DNA from: an uncultured Poribacteria bacterium
GTDB taxonomy: Bacteria; Poribacteria; WGA-4E; WGA-3G
Length of the DNA: 64,000 bases
Direction: 5' to 3'
Assembly (NCBI GenBank): GCA_951813565.1
Contig: OX638351.1
Span: 1,184,001 to 1,248,000 of the forward strand
The notes beneath the pieces were generated by a model. It saw only the letters and a program-made list of their open reading frames with translations, ran no database searches and was not told the DNA's origin. How positions within the stretch are numbered: position 1 is the first letter of the stretch; every line of letters starts with the position of its first letter. Position numbers and translations under genes: made by a program. Shown in pieces: positions 31,859 through 42,439 of this stretch.

Positions 31859-33250
31859 TTAGTCCTCCTCATTTGCTTCGGTTTCAGATGCATCGTCTGC
31901 ATCAGGTATATTATCTTCATCAAAATCAACAAAACCTTTATCCTGTAGCCAGTTGTGGAGTCGTTCATAAACCCGAAAAAGCAGTAAGTCGCGCGTCTCT
32001 CGCCACGGTGTTGCGCTAAAATCCTCGCTCTCTGGAAAGAGATATTCCACATAATCATCCAATGAAAAAAGCGGGTTTTGTGTGCCTTGTTTAATTCGTT
32101 CTCGGATAATGTATAGCAGGACAGTTCGGCATGCCTCATAACTTTTGGCACCTTCTAAGCGAGTAAGTCGTTTATTACTTCCAGATTCTTGGATACAATC
32201 TGCGATGAGATCCCCGACATGTTTTATTTTCTCAAGTCGTGTTTGTTCCATAGCTCTAACCTCCTTAAAGTAGAGAGATAACAATTCCCAATTCCCGCGC
32301 GGTTTTCTGTGTCGTCTATTTAAAAAGGATCCAAGAATTGAGATGTCTTGCAATAGATTTTCATATACTCGGTTTGGTCTGTTTTTGTAATCTTCCTCAG
32401 ATTTAACTTTATCCCAATTGACATAGTAACCACTTCGGACAATTTCCTGCCATACTTTATTAAACTTGCCCATATAAACAATACGTAAAAATTTAAATAC
32501 AGGTGCGGGCATGTAGAATATCTCAAGTTCAGGTTTGTCGTTGTAATTTCTGAAACAGTAAACCTGCATCGGTATATTCTCATCAGAGCGCATTTCCTGA
32601 TATTGTGTCATTTCCCGCGCCATATAGAACAGTCCATTGCGTGGATTGGCATAACCAGGGTTAAAACACCCCGTTATATCCTGTTGAAGGTGTTGCTTGC
32701 GAATATCCTCGATACATACCCTCGCCCAACTTTTCAGTGCCTTCCACGAATTCGAGTGGAGTGTAAGAAACTGGCCTCCAGTCGCCATGAATACTAATGG
32801 GGATAATTGAATAGCAAAAGCACAAGCCGAACAATAACCTGCTCCCTCAGTGAAGGCAGGAAAAAAATTGCGTAATAGGCCAGAGCCTGTTAAAGGTATG
32901 TCTTTTTTCAAAAGAAAATTGTTGGCATCACGTCTGCCGCATCCCATACAATCTCCAGTTTCGTTCAATTCGCACATCGTGTCTAAATAGTGTGTGCATT
33001 CTTCCTTGAGTAGTGCAACTCTATCACGCTTATTGTGAGAAGGATTAGTCAATACACTATTTGGAAAAATGCTGTGTAAATTTCCCCATCCAATCTTTGT
33101 TTGCATCATTGGCGCGACATCATTAACAACTTGCTTAAGGTCCGCTTTAGTAATCTGATCGGGTTGTACGGTGCGCCCCAACCATTCACAGATACCACAA
33201 ACACCTGCATCAACAAATGGATTTCCCATTAACTTTTCATAAATTGGCAT
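31859..33250 (-). CDS. cas8: Type I-B large subunit Cas8 (Cst1/Cas8a1-like, CxxC-CxxC)
   Basis: GNPFVDAG, IFPNS, CMGC and CSAC motifs; located between cas6 and cas7. Confidence 0.85.
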   Translation of the reverse strand: MPIYEKLMGNPFVDAGVCGICEWLGRTVQPDQITKADLKQVVNDVAPMMQTKIGWGNLHSIFPNSVLTNPSHNKRDRVALLKEECTHYLDTMCELNETGDCMGCGRRDANNFLLKKDIPLTGSGLLRNFFPAFTEGAGYCSACAFAIQLSPLVFMATGGQFLTLHSNSWKALKSWARVCIEDIRKQHLQQDITGCFNPGYANPRNGLFYMAREMTQYQEMRSDENIPMQVYCFRNYNDKPELEIFYMPAPVFKFLRIVYMGKFNKVWQEIVRSGYYVNWDKVKSEEDYKNRPNRVYENLLQDISILGSFLNRRHRKPRGNWELLSLYFKEVRAMEQTRLEKIKHVGDLIADCIQESGSNKRLTRLEGAKSYEACRTVLLYIIRERIKQGTQNPLFSLDDYVEYLFPESEDFSATPWRETRDLLLFRVYERLHNWLQDKGFVDFDEDNIPDADDASETEANEED

Positions 33251-33287
33251 TTCAAAAACCTCCTTTCAAAAATGTTATGTAAAGTTA

Positions 33288-33317
33288 ATCATAACGTAAG
33301 TAAATAACAATTGTCAA
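33288..33317 (-). promoter_or_regulatory. Internal sigma70 promoter in front of cas8
   Basis: Minus-strand TTGACA (33312-33317), 18 nt, TATGAT (33288-33293). Confidence 0.55.
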
Positions 33318-33329
33318 ATTAAAATAAAT

Positions 33330-34082
33330 CTAAACCTCTACCATCCCGAACCCTGCACTATTCTTATCGCCAAACCCGCATTCATAGCCTGTCTGTATCA
33401 ATGCGGGGCTGCCGGACACACGAAACGGACACAAAATCCCGCGTATCTTGATACCCTTGAAATCAACAAGCCGAGTGACGCGCCTCTGCTTCCTACGGAT
33501 ATAGCGTTCATCAAAACATAAGGACAATGTATCGTCTTGCGGGGTGCGTGCATGTATCGCCTCATGTTTGCGGATAAGGTTTTGACGGATGAGATCGGAG
33601 AGTTCAGGATCGTCTGGTAGGCAGTAGTGCATGCGGCGTTTACCATCGTTTTCACGCACAGCGGACATCACAATCGGAGAGAGGCATCGGAACTCCATCT
33701 CAGAGCGAAAACGCGGGAGACGCGGGATCGTCACATCCTTGATTTTGAGTTGGTGCGATCCGATGGATAATCTGCCTTCGGTTAGGAGTGTATCGGCAAA
33801 ATGGGATAAGAATTGTTCCATTGGGGAAGATACGAACCACGTCAAAGTAGACCGAAAATGTATCTGTTCGCCTAAGATACGTCTGCGTTCTGCCATCAGT
33901 TGAGAGAAGGTGAAAAGCTTGAACCGTTTTTCAGCGGCGTGATAACCTTCATCATGCAGAAAGCCAGCGTATTCAGGATTAGATTCTGCAAGGAATCGGT
34001 AAATCACTCCGACAAGGAGGTGGTTGTAGTTAATGGGTAGGGTAATGCCGTTGCCAACATCGGTAAGGATTTGTATTCGCAT
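33330..34082 (-). CDS. cas6: crRNA-processing endoribonuclease Cas6
   Basis: LPINYNH, FLHDEG, FKLFTFS and C-terminal G-loop GFGDKNSAGFGMV. Confidence 0.95.
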   Translation of the reverse strand: MRIQILTDVGNGITLPINYNHLLVGVIYRFLAESNPEYAGFLHDEGYHAAEKRFKLFTFSQLMAERRRILGEQIHFRSTLTWFVSSPMEQFLSHFADTLLTEGRLSIGSHQLKIKDVTIPRLPRFRSEMEFRCLSPIVMSAVRENDGKRRMHYCLPDDPELSDLIRQNLIRKHEAIHARTPQDDTLSLCFDERYIRRKQRRVTRLVDFKGIKIRGILCPFRVSGSPALIQTGYECGFGDKNSAGFGMVEV

Positions 34083-34246
34083 TGGAGATCTCCGTTTAGT
34101 TTTCTTGCGACTTAAGACAATCTACCGTAAATGTAAGAGGCGCCAAATACCATACGCGTATTTGGCGTTGATTTGGTAATAAATTGCGCGACTACAAACA
34201 CACAAATCAGAGGAAAATGTAGAAGTATTTTAGATTTGACTAAAAA

Positions 34247-34759
34247 TTAAATCCCCATGCGGAGGGCGACAGCTGCAAGTAGAATTAGCAGTGAAACTAC
34301 TCCCATAAGACTGGATACAATAGACATTTGCTTGCGGAGTGGTTTGACTTGCGGGGGAAGTTCTTTTGTTTCGGGGTCTAATCCTTCAATTGCTGCTGAT
34401 AACCGTGGACCGAAGACAAAGCTGTGAAGCGCGGTTAGAATAAGCAGTGCGATAAATAATATCAGTTTGATAAGGAGTGTTCGCATGAAAGCATTGATGG
34501 TCTCCGAACCAGAAGATGAGCCTAAGCCTATTGCTTCAAAGATATTGGCAATGCCAGTGAAAAAGAGTATCCCGACACAACCCCACACAATCGGTTCAAA
34601 CCGTTTGCCTATTTGTGTTAAGAGTTGAATGCGTTTGACAGGAGGTAGATTCTGTCTGAAATAGGGTACAATTACCATTGCTAAAATGAGATTTCCGCCA
34701 ATCCAAACAACGGCGGCGATAACATGTATCCATCGAATAAATAGCCAAAATATATTCAT
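34247..34759 (-). CDS. CopD/DUF4149-like membrane protein
   Basis: RWIHVIAAVVWIGG; four TM segments. Confidence 0.7.
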   Translation of the reverse strand: MNIFWLFIRWIHVIAAVVWIGGNLILAMVIVPYFRQNLPPVKRIQLLTQIGKRFEPIVWGCVGILFFTGIANIFEAIGLGSSSGSETINAFMRTLLIKLILFIALLILTALHSFVFGPRLSAAIEGLDPETKELPPQVKPLRKQMSIVSSLMGVVSLLILLAAVALRMGI

Positions 34760-34852
34760 TTACGATATTCCTTATTTATGTGGAGGAATAGCATCCTTAA
34801 AAGTGTCAAATCAACATTGAATGTGCTGATGATATTTGGCACTAACACAAGT

Positions 34853-36472
34853 TTACGTTTCTTCAATATGTTGTATAACAGTCTCAGCACGGGAAATTAA
34901 TGATTTCCGTTCGTCAGCAGAAAGCGGTACAGGGGCAAACCGATGATAGTCGCATTTTGTAAGGATTTCTACCAATTCCATAATAATAGAATCGGCAACT
35001 CCTGCTTGTGTGTAAATTTCTTGGATTTCTGCTGTGTTTAGTGGGCGGTACGAGGAGTCTTGCTGTTCGCAGATATACTGATGCAGAATGCGAGTCAACG
35101 TTTCTCCGAAAGAGGTTGCTTGCGTGTCAATTTTGCCAGAATCAATTGCGTTGAGTGCCGATAATGCCCGTTCAGCGGGAGTCGTCAACGTGTCTGGCAT
35201 AATTGATTTGCTATCAGGTTTTAACTTGGCACGATACAATAAATACGCACCAACCCCAACAAATATAGGTATTAGTAGAAGCAACCACAAAATCCATGAT
35301 GGGAAATTGGATTCGCTATCAATCAAATCGTTTGAATTAGGAAGCACAGTAATAGGAATTGGGATTGTTTGGGTTGTTTGATATGTGTGTTTGTTAGGAT
35401 TGAAAAAGGCGTATTCAATTTTAGGAATCAATAGGATTCCTGCCTTTAATGGTGTAATTGCGTAAGTATAGACGCGGGAATTATCTTTAGTAGTATTAGC
35501 AAGATTTTGAGGGTCTATTCTGAATCCGCTAATAGCAGGTATTTGCGGCGGCGTTACCGTTTTTATATTTCCGCTTCCTGCGATTTGTAATGAGAGTGTA
35601 AGTGCGTTTCGAATTTCAAGTCTTCTACGGTCAACTTGTGCTGTGATGTTATATTGACCAACAGTGCCTGTGAAGTTTGTGGGTTTTCCGACTTTAGGGA
35701 GTGGTTGGACATTGAGTGGTAGGGATTTTGTTTTTAGCGTCTTTGGGTTGCCTTTTATAGGGAGTTTTAACTGGGCAGGTTGAATAAGAATTCGTCCTAT
35801 TTTATGTGGATATAAACGCCTAACAGACTCCTGAACAATGAATGTTTTTCCCTGCATCTGTACAGTAGTGTCTTTCTCATCAGGAAGTTCTTCTACTAAA
35901 AAGTCAGAGAATTCTGGAAGTGAAGGAGTCAGGGGTTCCAGAGTAGGTAGCACAGTTGTATATAGGTAGCGAAACCGATATTCGATCGCTTCATTAAGAT
36001 ACGGTTTTTGATTACTGACTTCAGCCTGTACTTTATGGATACCTCCAGTAGTATTGTTTACATAAGTGTCTACTGCTCCCACAATAATTTTGCCAGGGTT
36101 TGCCAAATAAGGAACACCTTGATAAGAAAATTGGACATCCGAAAGGGCGATCTCACCAATTTTTTGCGGTATAAGTTCATAAGCCCATGCCATAGTGACA
36201 GCAATTTTATCATCTATTAACCGTGGCGTTGTTTTGGAATGTAGGGGAACAGCGAGGAAATCAGGCAAAAAATTGAAAGTCGGGGAACCGATGTGTTTCA
36301 TTTGTGTATTTCCCGAGATTGTGAGTTCCAAAGTTGCCTTCTCGTTTAATTGAATATGGCGGGGTGTAACTGTTGCTTCGACTTTAACATCCTTGCTTTG
36401 TGCTGCTGGCGTGAAAAGCATTAGTAAGATGCTAAAGGCTGTAACGCATAAACATGAATGCAACGAAGGCAT
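34853..36472 (-). CDS. BatD-family protein
   Basis: Signal peptide, repeated beta domains, FTGTVGQY motif, TM near C-terminus; adjacent to a BatC-like TPR gene. Confidence 0.75.
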   Translation of the reverse strand: MPSLHSCLCVTAFSILLMLFTPAAQSKDVKVEATVTPRHIQLNEKATLELTISGNTQMKHIGSPTFNFLPDFLAVPLHSKTTPRLIDDKIAVTMAWAYELIPQKIGEIALSDVQFSYQGVPYLANPGKIIVGAVDTYVNNTTGGIHKVQAEVSNQKPYLNEAIEYRFRYLYTTVLPTLEPLTPSLPEFSDFLVEELPDEKDTTVQMQGKTFIVQESVRRLYPHKIGRILIQPAQLKLPIKGNPKTLKTKSLPLNVQPLPKVGKPTNFTGTVGQYNITAQVDRRRLEIRNALTLSLQIAGSGNIKTVTPPQIPAISGFRIDPQNLANTTKDNSRVYTYAITPLKAGILLIPKIEYAFFNPNKHTYQTTQTIPIPITVLPNSNDLIDSESNFPSWILWLLLLIPIFVGVGAYLLYRAKLKPDSKSIMPDTLTTPAERALSALNAIDSGKIDTQATSFGETLTRILHQYICEQQDSSYRPLNTAEIQEIYTQAGVADSIIMELVEILTKCDYHRFAPVPLSADERKSLISRAETVIQHIEET

Positions 36473-36479
36473 TTGAGAA

Positions 36480-37100
36480 TTACCAATCTTTATCACGGCG
36501 GTATCCGCTGTTGAGTTGTTGTTTGAGCATCTTTTGCCTACGCTTATTTTCATTTTTGCTCAGGCGTTCAAGAAGTTGAAGTGCCTCCGCTTTAGGAATG
36601 TTACTTGGCTCATTTTTTGGTGAATTCTTTTGCGTATTGAGTTGCTGCTGTACAGTATTTTCCTGTTGTTCTTTTAACAGTTGAAGTGCTAATGCGAGGT
36701 TATGTTTAGCATCAGCATCATGTGGGTTTAAGCGGAGTGAAGACTTGTAAGACTCAATTGCAGCGGTGAGGTCACGCAACTGAAATTGCGCATTGCCTAA
36801 GTTGTAATAAATAGAGGCTTCGTTGGGTGCATTTCCTTTTAAAAGTGATCTTTGGAAAGCTGCAGATGCGTCTTTATATCTGCCTTTTTTGTAGAGTGCT
36901 GCGCCGAGGTTGTGAAGGGCAATTGGATTATTGGGTTTGTCAAACGTTGCCTGTTGAAAAGCCTCTATTGCAGCATCATAGTCCTGAATCCAATACGCCT
37001 CGGTGCCGGTTTTCATCGCGCGCTTCCAGTTTCCCATCCAGCCGACAAGGAAAAAGATAATAAAGAGGACAAGTGAGGAATTAAAAATCTTATTCCACAT
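36480..37100 (-). CDS. TPR protein (BatC-like)
   Basis: HNLGAALYK, YYNLGNAQF, AKHNLALA; ends KDW. Confidence 0.8.
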   Translation of the reverse strand: MWNKIFNSSLVLFIIFFLVGWMGNWKRAMKTGTEAYWIQDYDAAIEAFQQATFDKPNNPIALHNLGAALYKKGRYKDASAAFQRSLLKGNAPNEASIYYNLGNAQFQLRDLTAAIESYKSSLRLNPHDADAKHNLALALQLLKEQQENTVQQQLNTQKNSPKNEPSNIPKAEALQLLERLSKNENKRRQKMLKQQLNSGYRRDKDW

Positions 37101-37260
37101 ATTTTTATTATAATTGATAACATGGCGATTTGCAAGAAATTGTAAAGACAGTCTTTGAAATCCTATCTAAGCTTACAATATCTTCGCCAATTATCCAAGA
37201 TTTAGTTCAGGTTGTGTGTGATGAATAGCAGCGATTGAAGTTATCTTTTTAGAGATTTGC

Positions 37261-37514
37261 TTAGGTTGTGTTTAGGTTTCATTTGTATTGAATCACAATT
37301 GAGGCAAAACAGACAAAACCGAGATACCTAACAGCCAACTTGTCATAACGCGTGGCAACACGCCGATATCGCTTTAGGAATCCAAAGTAACGCTCTATCA
37401 AGTTTCGTGCTTTATACAACTCTTTACCGTAATCTCGCTACACAACCCGTTTTTTTCGGAGGGATCATAACTTTAGTAGATGTTGGCACTATTTCTGCTA
37501 TAAACACAACCTAA
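37261..37514. mobile_element. MITE-like element with 14-bp terminal inverted repeats
   Basis: TTAGGTTGTGTTTA ... TAAACACAACCTAA. Confidence 0.55.
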
Positions 37515-37562
37515 TATACTAACATTGAGCAATCACAACTTGCAATTAAATCGCTATAATGT

Positions 37563-38318
37563 CTAATACGTTTCTAACTTCGCTCGCGCGTTCGAAACAC
37601 CCTCAATAATCGGTTGTGGCGTATCCACCTTCAATCCTAAATAGATAAGCATAATTTCTTGGTCGTAGCCGACCCGTTCGATTTCCTTACAGATAGCGCG
37701 AAAATCCATCTCTGGTGCCCAGAACGGTTCGCTTCCTGTCCGTGAATCAACACCACAGTTAAAATAGATGCTATTTAGCCGTTCTGACAAGGTTTGCAAG
37801 GCAACAACTGGGTCGTCCCCAGCGCGATGGAAATGAAATGGACTATAGTAAAAACCGAAGTTTTCGGAGGGGATTGCATTGAAGATTTGCTGCGTGCGTT
37901 CAATGTTGTAAGCAAGGCTTCCTTCGTGTGCATAGAGGGCGAGAGTCAGATTGCGAGTCTGCGCTTCTGCTGTGACCGTTTTGAGATGATCAATAATCGT
38001 ATCAATCTCGCGAGCGGTGGCGGTTTCATCTCCACCACTCGCGATGCTTACTATTGGAATGGAAAGCCTTTGGGCAACATCAAGAATCGAAATTTGTGCT
38101 TCAAGTCCGTCTGGCGCGTCAACCCGTACTGTGCTCAGCAAAGATTTGAAATGGAGTCCGGTCTCTTCTCGGAGTGTGGCGATGGTTTCGGCTTCCACAT
38201 CTGAGAAATGAGCATGGGCGAGTTCAATGGCAGATATACCGCCATCAGATAACTCACTCACAAACTCGGTCAAACGGAAAGAGGAGAATGGAAGGGTGCT
38301 TGCACAATAAGTTTTCAT
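37563..38318 (-). CDS. Sugar phosphate isomerase/epimerase TIM-barrel family (divergent)
   Basis: Overall pattern (AIEL, DFRAICKEIERVGY); metal-binding motifs degenerate. Confidence 0.6.
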   Translation of the reverse strand: MKTYCASTLPFSSFRLTEFVSELSDGGISAIELAHAHFSDVEAETIATLREETGLHFKSLLSTVRVDAPDGLEAQISILDVAQRLSIPIVSIASGGDETATAREIDTIIDHLKTVTAEAQTRNLTLALYAHEGSLAYNIERTQQIFNAIPSENFGFYYSPFHFHRAGDDPVVALQTLSERLNSIYFNCGVDSRTGSEPFWAPEMDFRAICKEIERVGYDQEIMLIYLGLKVDTPQPIIEGVSNARAKLETY

Positions 38319-38503
38319 AAGTCTATTCCTGCTATATAGATTTTGGAATTAAGGATAGACGGTTGCTCGGGCATCTATCAGAAGTCGTCTCTCTTATATG
38401 TAGAGGGTCGCGACCTGGAGGTCGCTCCTACAAGAAGAGAGTAGGCTCGTAAAGCACATCTGCAAGTAGGTGTACACATATTTCTATATTTGACCAAAAC
38501 AAA

Positions 38504-39280
38504 TTACTTGCCCATTTCTTTTAGTGCTTTCAGACAACGTTCCACAGCTTCAAGTGGCGGAAAAGCATCACTTTCATATTCTACGATATACCATTCCGTG
38601 CCACCCGTTGTTTCGCAGATACGGAAAATCTCTGACCACGGCACGCTATCCTCGCCAATGATAGGACGAAAACCTGCATGCCTATCCTCTTCACCATCTG
38701 ATATAGTATAAGGTTTGAGATGCACTGTTCCTGCACGACCGGAATATTTCTCCAAAATAGCAACGAGATCAGCACCGCCTGACAGTGCATTTCCCATATC
38801 CAGTTGCATCACAACACCTTTGTTTGTGTTTCCGAAGAAAGTGTCCCACTGAATTTCACCATCCATGGGTGAAAATTCTGCATGATGGTTGTGATAACCT
38901 GTTACCATACCGTGTGGTTCAAGTTTGTCAGCGAGGTCATTGAAGAAATCTGCTAACTTCAACCAATCTGCACGCGATTGACGAAGTTCACCTGGGATGC
39001 CCGGAATGATAACATAGCGATTTTCAAGGATCTTGTTGAATTCAATCGTGTCAGCGAGGTTGTCTTCTTGAACAAGATTGAACGGCGTGTGCCATCCACA
39101 ACAGACCAACCCGAATTCGTCAAGGTAACCTTTTAATTCTTCTGCCGAATGTTGTGGAGGACCTGCGAATTCTACGCCTTCGTATCCCATTTCTGCGACC
39201 GCCTTTATTGTGCCGCGCGCATCTTCTGCTAACTCATTGCGGACAGAAAATAACTCTAAACCAATTGGTACTCTTGCCAT
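38504..39280 (-). CDS. Sugar phosphate isomerase/epimerase (xylose isomerase-like TIM barrel)
   Basis: GYEGVEFAG, GYHNHHAEF, QLDMG, VHLK and IVEYE motifs. Confidence 0.88.
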   Translation of the reverse strand: MARVPIGLELFSVRNELAEDARGTIKAVAEMGYEGVEFAGPPQHSAEELKGYLDEFGLVCCGWHTPFNLVQEDNLADTIEFNKILENRYVIIPGIPGELRQSRADWLKLADFFNDLADKLEPHGMVTGYHNHHAEFSPMDGEIQWDTFFGNTNKGVVMQLDMGNALSGGADLVAILEKYSGRAGTVHLKPYTISDGEEDRHAGFRPIIGEDSVPWSEIFRICETTGGTEWYIVEYESDAFPPLEAVERCLKALKEMGK

Positions 39281-39309
39281 AATTTTTCCTTTCAATTTTT
39301 AACTTCGAC

Positions 39310-39450
39310 TGTGAATATAAGAGGCGCAATGAATTGCGCGACGACAAACATATCAAGTCTATAGAGTGATAAAAGTAATTGTGAATATAAGAGGCGCAAT
39401 GAATTGCGCGACGACAAACATATCAAGCCTATAGAGAGTGAAAAAGTAAT
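39310..39450. repeat. 70-bp tandem duplication containing the GAGGCGCAATGAATTGCGCGAC REP
   Basis: Units start at 39310 and 39380. Confidence 0.8.
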
Positions 39451-39506
39451 TTAGATTTTCTATAACCCATTAACTTGTAGACACTAAGCCTTTGAATTTA
39501 AGACTT

Positions 39507-40976
39507 TTACCGTGCTGTGTAATTGGGCGCGAGTGGGCAACTATCCGCCATAGTTTGACAAAGAGCAACCCGCGCCAAACCGTGAATCAGATATGCTGCC
39601 CCCGTCTGCGATTCATACCAATCAATCCCAGATGCACCGTAGGGAAGCGTTTCTGGAAAATAAATCTCCAATGCTGTTTCTGTGAGTTCAACGCCGCCTT
39701 CCAACCATGTCGGTTCGCCAGTGATGTCGTAGAGGTCAGCAAAGAGTTCAAGCGTTAAACCGATATCTGATGCTGGGATTTTGAATTCTTCTTTTTTAAC
39801 ACGATCGGCCGGAAATTTCTCATCAAGATAGGTATTGCCGACTGCGCGTGCAAATTCCATCAATCTGTCATTCTGTGTCAATCGCCACCCACCGAGACAA
39901 AGCACCCCTGTACTGCACACAGTCCCAGCACCATAGACACTTCCCCATGCTGACATTCGATCGTACGCGCGATTCGTCTCACATTCACACATACTAACGA
40001 ATTCGCGAGTGTCAAGATTGTGCGGCGCGGCGAGAAACCCGTCAATGTAAACCAATCCGTATTGCCGCATCTGGTTTGCCAATTCCGGTAGGAACGATTG
40101 TAACAGCACCGCGGATTCAAGTAGACTAATTCCTAACGAAAGCGTCTGCGTCGGAGCATTCTTCTCAAAAAAACTTTCAGCATCCTTCGGTGAACGACTC
40201 TCTATACGCAATAGTCCACGTGCATCCCGTTTTTCCCACCAGTAATCGGTATAATTCTGAATCTGCTGGAGCGTTTCTGGACGTTGATCTTGCGTATACG
40301 CGAAAGCCAAATCAAAGATATAAAATCCCGAATGGCGTGGAAAATCGCATGAGCGTCCGCCACGATCGAGATGCTCCGTCATGTCAATATTCGCATGACG
40401 GATGTATTCAAGTTCATCCCCTTTTGTCCAATGATAATCCAACCCATCCGAAAAACTTTGGGCACAGGTGGGATTAAACGTATTCAGTTTCTCCCATAAC
40501 CAGAGTGGAACTTGACGCAGATGGTCGTGAATTGCGGCACCACCAGCGGGATTACGAGAACATCCGACTCGCTCCTCAATCAGATGCCAAAAGGAGTGCT
40601 CACCCCAAGGGAATAACCCCGTTGTTGTCTGTGTGCAATTCAGGGCAAAATGCTCCAAATATTGATCTACAGCTTTAGTATATTCTGGTTTTGATTCCGT
40701 TTCAGCGAGTACATTTATGGTAGCAAGCAACGGTTCATCGTGAATCAAGTTTGTGCCGAGATGTGCCCTATCACCGTTTCGTTGTCCCGGAATCTTAGGC
40801 GGTTTTTCCATCAGCATTTCGCCAGTCTGCGGATGCAGAATGGAAGGAAACAACCCTTTATATTTCTTGCTGCTTTGGATCATCAGATCAATAGCGTTGC
40901 ATATTTTGGTGATGATTATCTCTGGGGTTATCACAAATGATTCCTCCGTCTCTGATGAATGAAAATATGGTATCAT
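39507..40976 (-). CDS. Hypothetical protein, possibly an alpha/alpha-toroid carbohydrate-active enzyme
   Basis: 489-aa ORF; GLFPWGEH and LYDITGEPTWL helical-repeat motifs. Confidence 0.6.
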   Translation of the reverse strand: MIPYFHSSETEESFVITPEIIITKICNAIDLMIQSSKKYKGLFPSILHPQTGEMLMEKPPKIPGQRNGDRAHLGTNLIHDEPLLATINVLAETESKPEYTKAVDQYLEHFALNCTQTTTGLFPWGEHSFWHLIEERVGCSRNPAGGAAIHDHLRQVPLWLWEKLNTFNPTCAQSFSDGLDYHWTKGDELEYIRHANIDMTEHLDRGGRSCDFPRHSGFYIFDLAFAYTQDQRPETLQQIQNYTDYWWEKRDARGLLRIESRSPKDAESFFEKNAPTQTLSLGISLLESAVLLQSFLPELANQMRQYGLVYIDGFLAAPHNLDTREFVSMCECETNRAYDRMSAWGSVYGAGTVCSTGVLCLGGWRLTQNDRLMEFARAVGNTYLDEKFPADRVKKEEFKIPASDIGLTLELFADLYDITGEPTWLEGGVELTETALEIYFPETLPYGASGIDWYESQTGAAYLIHGLARVALCQTMADSCPLAPNYTAR

Positions 40977-41220
40977 TAATGCATTATAAGGTCAAGTTCG
41001 GATAGCAAGTAATACCAATTCTAATAAATAAAATACCATTACGAAGATTCTATGAGATTTTGAAACTCATCTTATGTTGAATGTCCGAGGCGCAATGAAT
41101 TGCGCGACTACAAACGCGTTTTTGTAAATGGGAAGTTATAATTTAGAAATGGTATAAGAGTTGTGTGTAAAAATCTTGTCTCATAGGTTTAATTACGAAG
41201 AATTCTTCACGTTTTTCTAC

Positions 41221-41331
41221 TGTAGGGTGGGGTCTCTGTGCCCCGCCGAATGCAATACGCGGATGAGGTGTCGATTTTGCCATGTCCGATGTATACAATC
41301 AATGGGCGGACACAGAGACCCACCCCTACAA
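41221..41331. repeat. GTAG-type REP doublet, second copy
   Basis: TGTAGGGTGGGGTCTCTGTGCCCCGCC ... GGCGGACACAGAGACCCACCCCTACA. Confidence 0.8.
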
Positions 41332-41377
41332 TAAGAGATGGACGCTTTTGTTAAAACTTTGCTTACCTGCTATTTTC

Positions 41378-41406
41378 TTGCCATTTGGTTAGTTGTGTTA
41401 TATAAT
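41378..41406 (+). promoter_or_regulatory. Sigma70 promoter
   Basis: TTGCCA, 17 nt, TATAAT upstream of the 41458 CDS. Confidence 0.65.
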
Positions 41407-41457
41407 CACAATGCTTTTATATTATTCTTTTTAATCATCATTTTATAGGAGCGACTA

Positions 41458-42258
41458 ATGCAAATAGGTCTGATGGAGGGAACGATTCGGCGGGAAACGC
41501 TGCAAGAAACCCTTGATGCAGTGGCTGCACACAGCATTCACCATCTACAGTATCATCTATCTCCAGGTCCATCGCTTACCGAAATCCGCAGAGAGCTTGA
41601 CGCTCGGCAAATAAAGATTTCTGCCCTTTCCGGCACTTACAACATGATTGACCCTGATATTGAGAAACGTCATGCTGGCTTGCGTATGTTACGCTTTGTC
41701 GCTGAACAGTGTGAGCCGCTTGGTACATCTGTCATTACGCTTTGCACCGGTTCTCGCGATCCACAAAGTATGTGGCGCGCGCATCCTGATAACAACTCAC
41801 CGTCTGCATGGAAAGACCTTGTTGAATCTATGGAAAAAGCGTTGGAAGTTGCTGAGGAATACAAGGTGACATTAGCGTTTGAACCGGAAGTATCAAACGT
41901 GATTGACTCGGCACAGAAATCGCGCCGTTTAATTGATGAGATGCAATCTCCTTACCTTAAGGTTTGTATGGACGCAGCGAATATCTTTCATAAGGGTGAG
42001 TTGCCAAAGATGCGTGAAATTCTTGACGAAGCATTTGCGTTGCTTGGTGATGATATTGCTCTTGCACACGCAAAGGATTTGGATCGGGATGGGCAAGCGG
42101 GACATCTTGCTGCAGGGACTGGGTTGCTGGATTACGATCAATATCTCAGTTTGCTAAAGGAATGTGGGTATGGTGGCGCGGTTGTCCTGCATGGGCTTTC
42201 GGAAGAGCAAGTGCCTTACTGTGTAAAGTTTTTGCAAGAAAAAATTGATGCGTTATAG
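41458..42258 (+). CDS. Sugar phosphate isomerase/epimerase
   Basis: LAFEPE, MDAAN, AHAKD and GTGLLDY motifs. Confidence 0.88.
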   Translation: MQIGLMEGTIRRETLQETLDAVAAHSIHHLQYHLSPGPSLTEIRRELDARQIKISALSGTYNMIDPDIEKRHAGLRMLRFVAEQCEPLGTSVITLCTGSRDPQSMWRAHPDNNSPSAWKDLVESMEKALEVAEEYKVTLAFEPEVSNVIDSAQKSRRLIDEMQSPYLKVCMDAANIFHKGELPKMREILDEAFALLGDDIALAHAKDLDRDGQAGHLAAGTGLLDYDQYLSLLKECGYGGAVVLHGLSEEQVPYCVKFLQEKIDAL

Positions 42259-42439
42259 GAATTGTCTGAACCAGGATTTACAAGATTTTTAGATTTGTAG
42301 GATTATAGCCAATTTACAATTAACGGCGTGCTTGGAAAGCGCGCCTTCCTGTGAATGTCCGAGGCGCAATGAATTGCGCGACTACAAACGGCGCAAATCC
42401 AACGAAAATTGTATAGATAATTTTAGATTTTACTGTAAA

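Noticed and set aside
33288..33317. cas8 promoter as the target of the mini-array guide (classic CreR arrangement)
   Set aside because: No convincing seed match by eye; the 27437-27473 match is far better
39310..39450. 70-bp periodic repeat resembling a mini CRISPR
   Set aside because: The whole unit is duplicated, it is unrelated to the CRISPR repeat, and its core is a dispersed REP
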